DNA of 49,298 nucleotides, taken from Planctomycetota bacterium. GTDB lineage: Bacteria > Planctomycetota > Planctomycetia > Planctomycetales > Planctomycetaceae. Positions within the stretch are counted from its first letter, which is position 1; every line of letters starts with the position of its first letter. The position numbers were made by a program, and so were the translations under genes. Below, in pieces: positions 37,822 through 48,002 of this stretch. Location of the stretch: assembly GCA_024277145.1 (NCBI GenBank), contig JAJRVU010000275.1, positions 1 to 49,298 of the forward strand. Direction: 5' to 3'. Below the pieces are notes generated by a model. That model saw only the letters and a list, made by a program, of their open reading frames with translations, ran no database searches and was not told where the DNA came from.

Positions 37822-38700
37822 TTGAAAATCATCGTCATCGGAAATCAAGGAAGCTGGTACAGCAACGAATTAATTCGTGCAGCTGAAAAACGTGACCATC
37901 AATCCGCTCGAATTGATTTTCCGTGTATCACTGCGAATCTCGGTTCTGAATCTCCGATGCTTACCTCAGGAGAGTTTGACCTGACTGTTCAAGATGCAGT
38001 GATTGTCAGAACAATGCCCCCCGGCTCTTTAGAACAGGTTGTTTTGCGGATGGATGCCCTTGCCTGTCTGGAATCATTTGGCGTGCAAGTGATGAATTCC
38101 CCCAAAGCAATTGAGTGCGCTGTTGATAAATACCTCACAACGATGCGGCTTCAAAACGCGGGATTGCCTGTTCCCCCAACTATTGTTTGTGAAGATGCTG
38201 AATCAGCTTTAACTGCTTTTGAAACTTTGAACGGTGATGTTGTCGTCAAACCCATTTTCGGTTCCGAAGGTCGCGGGATTCTCAGAGTTTCAGACCCTGA
38301 TCTAGCACTGCGAACTTTTCGAACACTCGAACGAATTCAATCAGTTCTTTATCTTCAACAGTTTATTCCTCATCAGGGGTACGACATCCGCGTCCTTATT
38401 CTGGATGGAAAAATCATTGGGGCAATTCGCAGGACATCAACGGATGATTTCCGAACGAATGTTTCACGAAACAGCAAAGCAGAATCACATAACCTGACAG
38501 ATGACGAATGCGAACTGGCTTTAAGATCAAGCAATGCAGTTGGAACCCGATTTGCAGGTGTTGATCTTCTCTATGACAATTCCGGAAAATGTTATGTGAT
38601 TGAAGTCAACGCAGTCCCCGGCTGGAGAGCATTCCAGAAAGTAACAGGAATAGATATTGCGGAACGAGTGATCGTCTCGCTGGAAAATGGCACAGCCTGA
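37822..38700 (+). CDS. RimK-family ATP-grasp ligase (MptN-like alpha-L-glutamate ligase family)
   Basis: 292 aa with ATP-grasp motifs (DVVVKPIFGSEGRGI, YVIEVNAVPG). TTG start at 37822. Confidence 0.75.
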   Translation: MKIIVIGNQGSWYSNELIRAAEKRDHQSARIDFPCITANLGSESPMLTSGEFDLTVQDAVIVRTMPPGSLEQVVLRMDALACLESFGVQVMNSPKAIECAVDKYLTTMRLQNAGLPVPPTIVCEDAESALTAFETLNGDVVVKPIFGSEGRGILRVSDPDLALRTFRTLERIQSVLYLQQFIPHQGYDIRVLILDGKIIGAIRRTSTDDFRTNVSRNSKAESHNLTDDECELALRSSNAVGTRFAGVDLLYDNSGKCYVIEVNAVPGWRAFQKVTGIDIAERVIVSLENGTA

Positions 38701-38736
38701 AATGTAACACGCCAATAGGATTTCGTGATTCAGAAT

Positions 38737-39735
38737 TTAGGGATTCAATTGTTGCAGATGCTTTTTGCTAAACTGAATAATTTCTTCTCGTTTTGATGTT
38801 GGCAGTATCGCTGCTCGCATCACAAATCCATAAGCCTGTCCAACCTGATAATCGGGAACAAACCATTGGAAGTCCCAAGCTGGATTGGAATTCCCGCCAC
38901 CGGTTGGGGATTGTGCAAACCAGATGTGATCCTGTTTACGAAACATCTGAACGTATGCTTGTTGATGACTGATTCCATAGTACCACGGCTCGTGATAGAC
39001 ATAATCCGAAGGATGATTCACCAAGGTTAAACTAAAATCAGGATGAACCTTCCAATCCTTTTTTGACCATTTGGGTGGGTGAGTTGATTTCACACCATGT
39101 TTTTCAGAATAGGCTGCAATCCATTTTAAGGCATGATGATGGCTTTTCCCCTTGAAATAGATTTTTTTATCTTCCGGAGAATTAATGTAGCTCGCCCAGA
39201 AAAAACCGAGATATCCATTTTCGAAATTATCTTCACGAGGAATGCATTCAAAGGTGTATTCGATCACTCCATCAGGAAGAAGCTTGAATCGGCCACAACT
39301 TTCCAGCTTCCAGTTTTTCGTTGGTGGCTGATAAAGTTCCACGGTGTTGGCGTCAATCACTCGTAACTCCATTGGGAATTTCCGAGGTTCAAATTTTTCC
39401 TTGTTGACCTTTAATGTTCCATCGTGAATATGTTCGTAATTGAGTCCTGCATAACTTGGCACAAAAAGGTTATGCTGATTCCCTTTAATTTTGAATGAAG
39501 CCAAACCACTGTAACCTGCGCGGTGCCCGGGGAGTTCCGGGACATCAACTGCAGAATTATTGACGATGATAGCCTCTATTCCCGCCTGTTTGAGAATGGC
39601 ATAATTCTTATCGGAAAGAGTATATTTCACATTCGAATTCGTCAGGCTGGTAACTTTGGGTGCAGCATGTGGATGAGCGATAGGAAATGTAAGAATGAGA
39701 GCCGTGAGGATTGATAACACAAAAGTTCTCCCCAA
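38737..39735 (-). CDS. secreted hypothetical protein
   Basis: 332 aa with an N-terminal signal peptide (LSILTALILTFPIAHPHAA). No recognisable domain. TTG start. It lies 17 nt downstream of the methyltransferase gene. Confidence 0.55.
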   Translation of the reverse strand: MGRTFVLSILTALILTFPIAHPHAAPKVTSLTNSNVKYTLSDKNYAILKQAGIEAIIVNNSAVDVPELPGHRAGYSGLASFKIKGNQHNLFVPSYAGLNYEHIHDGTLKVNKEKFEPRKFPMELRVIDANTVELYQPPTKNWKLESCGRFKLLPDGVIEYTFECIPREDNFENGYLGFFWASYINSPEDKKIYFKGKSHHHALKWIAAYSEKHGVKSTHPPKWSKKDWKVHPDFSLTLVNHPSDYVYHEPWYYGISHQQAYVQMFRKQDHIWFAQSPTGGGNSNPAWDFQWFVPDYQVGQAYGFVMRAAILPTSKREEIIQFSKKHLQQLNP

Positions 39736-39752
39736 AAACGGTTATTTAGAAA

Positions 39753-40532
39753 TTAAACGCTGACAGGTTCTGTTGAATCCTGGTTGACCAGAGAATTCTC
39801 GGATGGTTCCATCTTAGTTGCTTCAATCAGGATGCCCCCGATTTTAAAGAAGCGATGAACCCGGGTAAACCAGAGTTGTTCTTTCCAGGAAAGACCAGCA
39901 GCTTCACAAGATTCCTCAAATTCCTGCCGATTGTATGTTCTGCATTTCCACGTTCGGCTGTTCAATGCACCGGTGTAATTATCTTCTGTTGCCAGGATGA
40001 GAGCAGATCCATTGGGAGTGAGGACTCGGTTGATTTCAGCCAATGCAGGATGGGGGTCCTGAAAATACTCAATCACCCATCCACAAGTAACGCTGTCAAA
40101 TGTGTTATCAGCAAAAGGAAGATGCCTTAAATCTCCTGCAATGTAATCAGCGCGATCATTATTAATCCTGTTTCTTGCTCGAACCAGCATTTGTTGGGAG
40201 AGATCAAAACCAATCACCTGGGTATCAGAGCCTGTCTGTTTCAGGACATGTTTCATAATCTGCCCAGCACCAGAGCCTATATCTAAAACTTTCTTGGCTT
40301 GAGTGACATCATATTTCTTTTTCCGCAGAAGTCGTCCGATTAAAGGTTCATGAAGTGAAACCAGACTCGCCAATGACAAAACTGCCCCTGCAGGTCCGTC
40401 ATAGTGAGCACGGATTTTTTCCCGATACTGGCTGACACTTAACCGCTTGATTCCTTTAAACTCTACCAGCTTTCTGAAAGTTCTTTTTGAAAGGGAATGA
40501 ATTTTTGAAGGGTCTGATTTAGGATCGGTCAT
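39753..40532 (-). CDS. class I SAM-dependent methyltransferase
   Basis: 259 aa with motif I VLDIGSGAGQ. Confidence 0.8.
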   Translation of the reverse strand: MTDPKSDPSKIHSLSKRTFRKLVEFKGIKRLSVSQYREKIRAHYDGPAGAVLSLASLVSLHEPLIGRLLRKKKYDVTQAKKVLDIGSGAGQIMKHVLKQTGSDTQVIGFDLSQQMLVRARNRINNDRADYIAGDLRHLPFADNTFDSVTCGWVIEYFQDPHPALAEINRVLTPNGSALILATEDNYTGALNSRTWKCRTYNRQEFEESCEAAGLSWKEQLWFTRVHRFFKIGGILIEATKMEPSENSLVNQDSTEPVSV

Positions 40533-40955
40533 TGCGGGTGCATTTCAATCGAGTATGAGATTCAGTGAAAATTATCTTAAATAAATATCATCTTATTGGT
40601 AATCGCTAATTCGTTTAATCACCTGAGATATTGGCATGAATCATACCAAAATTCAAGTTTTAAAAATGATTCCAATGGAATGAACCCGGAATCTGAAACT
40701 CAAACCGACAATAATGGAACCGATTTCTTAAACTGCCCAGGCTCAGCAACCCCTGAATTCAAGGGTATCCTGCTTAATCCGTAAACCCTTTCCAAATCAG
40801 CTATTTCGTCAAATTGGCTCTCTTTATTCATGCCAGTTGATCCTGAAGCTGGATGAGATTACCATGTACTCCAGTATCTTAAACAGCTAAGTGTAACCCC
40901 AAATTTAATCCATTTCTTCTTCTCAATAGATTCATATCGTTGAAAAATAAATTTC

Positions 40956-42104
40956 ATGACCGAAATTATAAATCTTGCACAAAATGAAAATCGCCGGGAT
41001 CTTGTGCATCATCTGGTTTTTCAGTTGGTCGAAGGGAAAATCATTGCATTCCCGACAGAAACAGTCTACTCTGTCTGTGCGTATAGTATTCATCAGGAAG
41101 CAATTCAGAAACTTCTTTCTTTTCCAGCAAAAAACAATACACAAACGAAAAACGGAACGAGTCAATGCCTTCTCGTTTTAAAGGGACTGACTGAGTTTCA
41201 GGATTTTTTCCCTGAACGTACTGATTTAGAGCAGAAACTGTTGAGACGATCCTGGCCCGGGCCTCTCATCGCGAGAATTCTGGCCAACGAGAACGAAGGG
41301 TTGTTTCATTCATTTTCTTCTACACTTAAAGACTCATTGAGGACTCAAAATAGCGTAAATTCCATACGGGTCAGGTGCCCTGCACATTCATTAATTCATG
41401 AAATCATGCAGCTATTGCCTGCCCCTCTGGTTTTTTTGGACGAGATGAGTCAGAATGATTCTCACCCAATAACAACAATGGAACATGTTCAGGAAAAATA
41501 TCCTGAATTGTTGGATGTCATTGTCGATGACGGCCCGACCCGTTATTCCGATTTTTCATCCGAAATAGATATCTCTAATAATCACTGGGAGTTAATTCAT
41601 TCCAGTATCATTGACGAACAGGTTTTAAGTGAAATGACAAACAGGTTTTTTCTCTTCGTCTGTACAGGAAACACCTGTCGCAGCCCCCTTGCAGAGGGAC
41701 TGTTTCGTAAAATTCTTGCGGAAAAAGTCGGCTGTAAAGAGGCAGAATTGCATGAACAAGGTTATATTGTAGCCTCAGCAGGAATTGCAGCGACTTACGG
41801 AGCCCCAGCAAGTCTGGAATCCATTGAGGTTGCTGAAACAGAAAACGTTGATATCAACAGCCATCAAAGCCAGCCTTTAAGTCAAAATCTGGTTGATGAG
41901 GCTGATTACATTTTCACCATGACTCGCCAACATCGGGATTTTATTATTTCAGCCAAACCTGATGCGGCGGACCGGGTTAAACTCCTGTCACAAGATGGTA
42001 TGGATATCCTGGACCCGATCGGTGGAGATTACTCAATCTATGAAGCTTGCAAAAAAGAAATCGAACAAAATCTGCGGTTGATTGCAGACCAGATTGATAC
42101 CTGA
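40956..42104 (+). CDS. tsaC: fusion protein with an N-terminal L-threonylcarbamoyladenylate synthase (YrdC/Sua5) domain and a C-terminal low-molecular-weight protein phosphatase (YwlE-like) domain
   Basis: N-terminal FPTETVYSV and WPGPL motifs of YrdC. The C-terminal half has the LMW-PTP P-loop FVCTGNTCRSPLAEG and a DPIGGD motif. Confidence 0.85.
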   Translation: MTEIINLAQNENRRDLVHHLVFQLVEGKIIAFPTETVYSVCAYSIHQEAIQKLLSFPAKNNTQTKNGTSQCLLVLKGLTEFQDFFPERTDLEQKLLRRSWPGPLIARILANENEGLFHSFSSTLKDSLRTQNSVNSIRVRCPAHSLIHEIMQLLPAPLVFLDEMSQNDSHPITTMEHVQEKYPELLDVIVDDGPTRYSDFSSEIDISNNHWELIHSSIIDEQVLSEMTNRFFLFVCTGNTCRSPLAEGLFRKILAEKVGCKEAELHEQGYIVASAGIAATYGAPASLESIEVAETENVDINSHQSQPLSQNLVDEADYIFTMTRQHRDFIISAKPDAADRVKLLSQDGMDILDPIGGDYSIYEACKKEIEQNLRLIADQIDT

Positions 42105-42192
42105 TTCCTAATCAAACATGTGGAATAATTTTTTTCGATCTAAATTAAATTTTAAAGACCATTCCAAATATTAAGGTAAGAATAGTAAAAAG

Positions 42193-42636
42193 ATGAAAAT
42201 TGCTGTTGCCAGTGATCACCGTGGCTATGCGGTAAAATCCAAAATTTTAAACCAGCTTAAGGATCTGGGGCACGAAGGAATCGACTATGGACCTGATGGT
42301 TCAGACAGTGTCGATTACCCGGACTATGCTTCGAAAGTGGCTAAAAGTGTCAGCAAGGGAGAAATCGACCGTGGAATTTTGATTTGTGGAACAGGCATTG
42401 GAATGTGTATTGTCGCCAATAAATTTTCAGGGGTTCGAGCGGCTCCTTGCCATGATGATATTACTGCAGAAATGAGCAGACGACATAACGATGCCAATGT
42501 TCTCTGTTTGTCAGCAGATTTACTCGGCGAACGACTTGTGAATCGAATGGTTGAAATCTGGGTCTCAACAGATTTTGAAGGTGGACGCCATGCTCGTCGG
42601 GTTGACAAAATTGCAGACTTTGAAAAACCATGCTGA
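42193..42636 (+). CDS. rpiB: ribose-5-phosphate isomerase B
   Basis: 147 aa, MKIAVASDHRGY..., LacAB/RpiB family. Confidence 0.88.
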   Translation: MKIAVASDHRGYAVKSKILNQLKDLGHEGIDYGPDGSDSVDYPDYASKVAKSVSKGEIDRGILICGTGIGMCIVANKFSGVRAAPCHDDITAEMSRRHNDANVLCLSADLLGERLVNRMVEIWVSTDFEGGRHARRVDKIADFEKPC

Positions 42637-43094
42637 AAAGACGTGCTAAATCTGGCTTCTCACTGAGTGACCACCAGTTAAATGCCCAACCCGTTCCAGA
42701 CATTCATGAGGGATCCCAGTTCCCGTTCTCTATCCGTGATTGTTCTCCGTCTCATCCCATGCAATTCAACACCCGTCAAATACACATAACCTGTTTCATA
42801 TAAAACAGTTACAATATAAACAGGCTTCTGCCCCGTGATCTTTTCCGGGATAATTTTGCGTGAAGTTGTTAAAATAAATCAGTGGTCAGGAGGCAATGAT
42901 TTTTCTCTTTTAAGAAAATCATCGCTGCTCCTTTTCGTTGTGATAATTTCTCGATATGTTATTGAACATCATCCTATATCAGGAGGTTCGCTAGCTCATT
43001 ATGCATGGCAAAACGGCCAACCCTGAGTACCAGGTTTTTATTGTGAATAAAATATTATACCGTAATCTCACCTATATCTATTCAAGGAAATATC

Positions 43095-43481
43095 ATGTCA
43101 TCTTCGGATTTGAAGTTTGCAAAATCACACGAATGGGCAAAGCTTGATGGTGATGTTGTTACCATCGGAATTTCCAAATTTGCTGTCAATCTGTTGACTG
43201 ATCTTGTCTATATCGAGTTGCCTGCTGTGGGAGATTCCGTTTCTTCTGGAGTTTCTATTGGAGAAATTGAAAGTGTGAAAGCAGTCAGTGACATCTATTC
43301 GTCTGTCACTGGTGAAATTGTTGAAATTAATGATTCACTGGAAGAAGATTTGGGTGCGCTGACTGAGGATCCTTATGGCAAAGGATGGATTGTGAAAATC
43401 AAAATCGCTGATCCCTCAGAACTTGACCAGCTGATGGATCAAAAAGCTTATGATGAATTGTGCCAATCGGAAGCGCACTAA
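43095..43481 (+). CDS. gcvH: glycine cleavage system H protein
   Basis: 128 aa with the lipoyl-lysine context (ESVKAVSDIYSSVTGE). Confidence 0.9.
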   Translation: MSSSDLKFAKSHEWAKLDGDVVTIGISKFAVNLLTDLVYIELPAVGDSVSSGVSIGEIESVKAVSDIYSSVTGEIVEINDSLEEDLGALTEDPYGKGWIVKIKIADPSELDQLMDQKAYDELCQSEAH

Positions 43482-43604
43482 CAGAATCAGACTAAACAGG
43501 CCCGCAGGATTGACCAGGGGTTGTTTTATGTGTGATTGTTAGACTTACGATTGTTTCATTCAGGTTAAATAAAAACTACCATTAAATATATTTGAGGTAA
43601 AAGA

Positions 43605-44978
43605 GTGCCGTATCTGTTTAGTACTGCTGAGCAACAAAAGGAAATGCTCGAAATTATTGGTGTGAATTCGATTGAAGATCTCTTTGATCAAATTCCTGGT
43701 GAACTCAAACTTAATCGACTTCTTGAGATGCCTCCTGCATTAACCGAAATGGAACTGGGGAGTCATGTCAAAAATCTGGTATCGTCTGATCCGGGAGTTG
43801 CTTCCAAAGTTAGCTTTTTAGGTGGTGGAATTTATGACCACTTCATACCAGCAGCCGTTGATGAAATTGTTTCTCGCGGGGAATTTTATACCGCTTATAC
43901 GCCGTATCAAGCAGAAGCGAGCCAGGGAAGCCTGCAGACTTTCTTTGAATTTCAAACAATGATTTGCCAGCTAACGGGCATGGATGTTTCTAATGCAAGC
44001 CTGTACGAAGGTGGCACTGCAGTGAGTGAAGCAATCTTCATGTCAATGCGAGTGAAAAAACGGCATAACAAGGTGGTCATTCTTGGTTCTGTTCATCCTG
44101 AATACCAGCAGATTGCAAAAACCTATCTTGAACATCTGGACTGTGAAGTCTGTATCATCCCGACACCTGATGGAACAGTTGATATTGATCAAGTGGTGGG
44201 CGCTCTTGATAAAGAGACAGCCTGTCTTGTTATCCAGCAGCCAAATGTCTGGGGTTGTCTGGAAGAAGTGGAACCATTGGTTCAAGCTGCACATGATGTA
44301 GGGGCACTTGCGATCTGCTCGGTTGATCCTATCAGCCTCGGAATTTTAAAACGCCCCTCTGAATATGGAGCTGATATTGTTGTAGCAGAGGGACAATCTT
44401 TGGGAATTCCCCATCAGTTCGGCGGTCCATTTTTGGGTATTCTTGCATGTAAAAAAGAATTTGTCCGAAAAATGCCAGGCCGACTTATCGCAAAAACAAC
44501 TGACCGAAATGGAAAAAGTTGTTACACGTTAAGCCTTCAAACTCGCGAACAACATATCCGACGAGAGAAAGCCACCAGTAATATTTGCACAAATCAGGGA
44601 TTACTTGCTTTACGAGCAACCATCTTCATGTCGTTAATTGGCCCGGAAGGTCTTAAAGAAATTGGGGACCGAAGCTGCAAAAATGCTCATTATGCATTTG
44701 AAGAAATGAAAAAGATTCCCAATATGAAGCCTGCTTTTGACAAGCCATTCTTCAAGGAATTTTGCATGATCCACGACGGTGATCTTGAATTGCTTCGTAA
44801 AAAAAGCCTGAGCAAAGGTTTCTTGATTGGTCCTACTATTTCTCAGTTTGGGAATTTGGAATCAATACCAGAAGAAGCTTCTTCTCACGGAATCCTTTTT
44901 GCTTTTACTGAAAAAAGATCCAAAAGTGAAATTGACTCCCTGTTAAGAATCATGACCACGGAACTTGCCACCGTCTAA
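43605..44978 (+). CDS. gcvPA: glycine dehydrogenase (decarboxylating) subunit 1
   Basis: 457 aa with a typical GcvPA N-terminus. GTG start. Confidence 0.88.
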   Translation: MPYLFSTAEQQKEMLEIIGVNSIEDLFDQIPGELKLNRLLEMPPALTEMELGSHVKNLVSSDPGVASKVSFLGGGIYDHFIPAAVDEIVSRGEFYTAYTPYQAEASQGSLQTFFEFQTMICQLTGMDVSNASLYEGGTAVSEAIFMSMRVKKRHNKVVILGSVHPEYQQIAKTYLEHLDCEVCIIPTPDGTVDIDQVVGALDKETACLVIQQPNVWGCLEEVEPLVQAAHDVGALAICSVDPISLGILKRPSEYGADIVVAEGQSLGIPHQFGGPFLGILACKKEFVRKMPGRLIAKTTDRNGKSCYTLSLQTREQHIRREKATSNICTNQGLLALRATIFMSLIGPEGLKEIGDRSCKNAHYAFEEMKKIPNMKPAFDKPFFKEFCMIHDGDLELLRKKSLSKGFLIGPTISQFGNLESIPEEASSHGILFAFTEKRSKSEIDSLLRIMTTELATV

Positions 44979-45148
44979 AATCAGAACCACATAAAGTTTC
45001 TGGACATTATATCGCTTCTGAACATTGAGTGAGATTTCTAAAAGCCAACAAGTAACACCGAAAAAATCGCCGACAAATAACAATGGATTTGTAATTAAGT
45101 TCATCCTTCAAAAACTTACAGTGATGAACTCCAACCAAGAACAGATTA

Positions 45149-46621
45149 ATGAGAAATCAACAAGCAACGCAATTAATTTTTGAACTTTCCGTGCCGGGCC
45201 GTCGGGCAGCAATTTATCCGAAATGTGATGTCCCGGTTGACTCAGTCAAGGAGCTTATTCCTTCAGGATTCCTCTCGGAAAAGCCCCCTGCACTGCCTGA
45301 AGTAACCGAACCGGATGTGGTCAGGCATTATGTGAATCTCTCTACATTAAACATGTCTGTAGACACACATTTTTATCCTTTGGGAAGTTGTACAATGAAG
45401 TACAATCCTAAAAGGCATGAAAGGATTTGTAATTTTCCCGGCTTGGTTGATATTCATCCTTATCAAAAAGAAGAAAACATTCAGGGAATTTTAGGCATTC
45501 TTTTTGAGATGCAGGAAATGCTAGCCGAAATTGCAGGTTTGCCCTCGGTTTCATTACAGCCTGCAGCAGGTGCCCAGGGAGAATTCACTGCATTACTGAC
45601 GGCAGCAGCTTATTTTCGAGACCATGGACAAAACCGTACCAAAGTGATCTTTCCTTCCAGTGCACATGGAACCAACCCCGCCAGTGCTGCCCTTGCAGGG
45701 TTTGATTGCATCCAGTTAAAGCAAACTGGTAACGGGCTGGTTGATCTTGAAGAACTGAAATCTCATTTGAATCAGGAAACAGCCGTTTTCATGATTACCA
45801 ATCCGAATACACTCGGAATGTTTGAAAAAGATATCGCCACTATTTCAAAAATGTTACACGATGTTGGCGGGCTGGTTTATATCGATGGTGCAAACATGAA
45901 TGCCATCATGGGGCAAACTCGTCCCGGAGATTTTGGTGGTGACATGATGCATTACAATGTTCATAAAACTTTTACCGGTCCTCACGGTGCGGGTGGCCCC
46001 GGTGCAGGCCCGATTGCAGTCCGTGATTTCCTTGCTGATTATCTTCCCGGTCCTGTGATTACTAAAACTGAAGATGATGACGGGAACGATTATTATCAAT
46101 TGACAAATCCGGTCAAATCGATCGGTCGGGTTCGATCATTTTTTGGAAACGTGGGTATCCTTCTTCGCGGATATTTATATTTAAGAACATTAGGTGCAAA
46201 GGGAGTCAAAGAAGCATCGGAACAAGCGGTTTTGAATGCCAATTATATTAAAGCGTTGCTGAAAGATATTCTTCCTGTTCCCAATGGAGACCTTTGCATG
46301 CACGAATTTGTTGCCTCTGCAGCCGATGTTCAAAAGAAGAATGGTATCTCAGCGATGGATATTGCCAAGCGACTTCTTGATTTTGGTTTCCATGCTCCAA
46401 CAGTTTATTTCCCGCTTGATGTTCCAGAAGCGTTGATGATTGAACCTACAGAAACTGAGTCACGCGAAACACTTGATGCTTTTGCAGAATCAATCAAACA
46501 GATTCTCTCTGAAGATTCTGAATATCTTCATGACGCCCCCTACTCAACACCGGTAAGCAGACCTGATGAAGTCAAAGCAGCCAGGAAACCTGTTTTAAAA
46601 TGGACGGAACCCGGGAAATAA
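45149..46621 (+). CDS. gcvPB: glycine dehydrogenase (decarboxylating) subunit 2
   Basis: 490 aa with the PLP-lysine region (NVHKTFTGPHGAGGPGAGP). Confidence 0.88.
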   Translation: MRNQQATQLIFELSVPGRRAAIYPKCDVPVDSVKELIPSGFLSEKPPALPEVTEPDVVRHYVNLSTLNMSVDTHFYPLGSCTMKYNPKRHERICNFPGLVDIHPYQKEENIQGILGILFEMQEMLAEIAGLPSVSLQPAAGAQGEFTALLTAAAYFRDHGQNRTKVIFPSSAHGTNPASAALAGFDCIQLKQTGNGLVDLEELKSHLNQETAVFMITNPNTLGMFEKDIATISKMLHDVGGLVYIDGANMNAIMGQTRPGDFGGDMMHYNVHKTFTGPHGAGGPGAGPIAVRDFLADYLPGPVITKTEDDDGNDYYQLTNPVKSIGRVRSFFGNVGILLRGYLYLRTLGAKGVKEASEQAVLNANYIKALLKDILPVPNGDLCMHEFVASAADVQKKNGISAMDIAKRLLDFGFHAPTVYFPLDVPEALMIEPTETESRETLDAFAESIKQILSEDSEYLHDAPYSTPVSRPDEVKAARKPVLKWTEPGK

Positions 46622-46676
46622 TCAGTTCAATCAATTCTAAAGAATTGCGTTTGTGTTTTCTGACGCGAAGGTGCCT

Positions 46677-47432
46677 ATGACCAGCCAGATAAACCAGGAA
46701 CAGGAATTCCGCTTGTTGGTTGATCCCCAACCCTGTTCGGGCCAGCGGAACATGGCGATTGATGAAACATTATTGCAACTGGCAAGCCAAAGTAAAACAC
46801 CAACCCTTCGATTATATGAATGGTCTGAGCCAACTGTCAGCCTCGGCTATTTTCAAAAAGAACCTGAACCCTCTTCCGAAAATTCGTTTAAGAATCTTCC
46901 GTTTGTACGAAGATTATCTGGTGGTGGTGCGATCCTTCATCACCATGAATTGACTTATTCTTTTGTTGTTCCTCAATCTCATATCCTGTCAAAAAACCCT
47001 TCTTATCTTTACCATTTTATTCATCAGGAAATCATTAAATCCTTTCAGGAATTCAAAATTTTTGCTGCAATGAGATCTGCATCGAATAAAGAGAAGAATT
47101 CAAAATTTCTTTGTTTCGGACGAGGCGATGCAAATGACATCATGCTTAACGGTCATAAAATAGTGGGGAGCGCTCAAAGAAGAAGAAAAGGTAACACGCT
47201 ACAACATGGAAGCATTCTCATCAGAAGATCAGAACATGCGCCAGAATTCCCCGGGCTGGAAGAATTGGCTCAATGCTCTTTTCCATTCAAAGAGTTCAAA
47301 GAATCTTTGATTCAAAATATTTCTAATGCCCTAGTCCGTAAACCATTCCATATGGAACTGAATTCTACAGAGGAAGAAAAGGTTGACCAACTGATTGAAG
47401 AAAAATATCGTTTTCTGAAATGGAGTCATTGA
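46677..47432 (+). CDS. lipoate-protein ligase / octanoyltransferase family protein (catalytic domain only)
   Basis: LplA/LipM-like motifs (RRLSGGGAILHHHELTYS, KIVGSAQRR). The track start at 46653 is a TTG; the ATG at 46677 is preferred. Confidence 0.75.
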   Translation: MTSQINQEQEFRLLVDPQPCSGQRNMAIDETLLQLASQSKTPTLRLYEWSEPTVSLGYFQKEPEPSSENSFKNLPFVRRLSGGGAILHHHELTYSFVVPQSHILSKNPSYLYHFIHQEIIKSFQEFKIFAAMRSASNKEKNSKFLCFGRGDANDIMLNGHKIVGSAQRRRKGNTLQHGSILIRRSEHAPEFPGLEELAQCSFPFKEFKESLIQNISNALVRKPFHMELNSTEEEKVDQLIEEKYRFLKWSH

Positions 47433-48002
47433 GAGGTCAACTGATCAGTATTGTTCGGATTGAACAGATTATTCAAAATGGGGTATTTTACTCAAATTTA
47501 CCCTGATTACCGTTAAAATAGATGGTATAATTAATCAGGACTGAAACGACATTCATAAGTTGCTATTTTTGGTGATCAGAGACTGAAAAAACCTAAAATA
47601 TCAAGTGGAAAAACGTCGAAATAGAAATAATATATCATTCTAGTTTCAAGTTGACATGAGGTGCTTTGGGTGTTAATTTGGGGCATATTTCATATTTATA
47701 CGGAGGAGTCATTTCTCTCGATCTTATACCGAGTTATCATAATATTGAGATCAGCAAGAAGAATCGAATTTCGGTTCTAAGGCCAAATCCGGCTTTGGTG
47801 GTTTTGTAATGTATCTTTAACATTTAATTTTTTTCTTTCCAATTAAAACCATTACAAGATGATCATCTGATCTAACTCGCAGTTCCAATTTTTTACACAT
47901 TCTTTATTTAACTTTTTTGCGAGGAGAATATTTCAATTTCCTGGAAATTGAATTCGCTATCGTTGTTTACTCAACTCTAATCATCTCAGGAGCAAATTCT
48001 CC

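Noticed and set aside
42637-43094. Possible glycine riboswitch upstream of gcvH
   Set aside because: I looked for the conserved aptamer cores (GGAGAG, ACCGAAGG..GCAA, CUCAGGCAAAAGGAC) and found none by eye. I keep this only as a long leader that needs a proper covariance-model scan.
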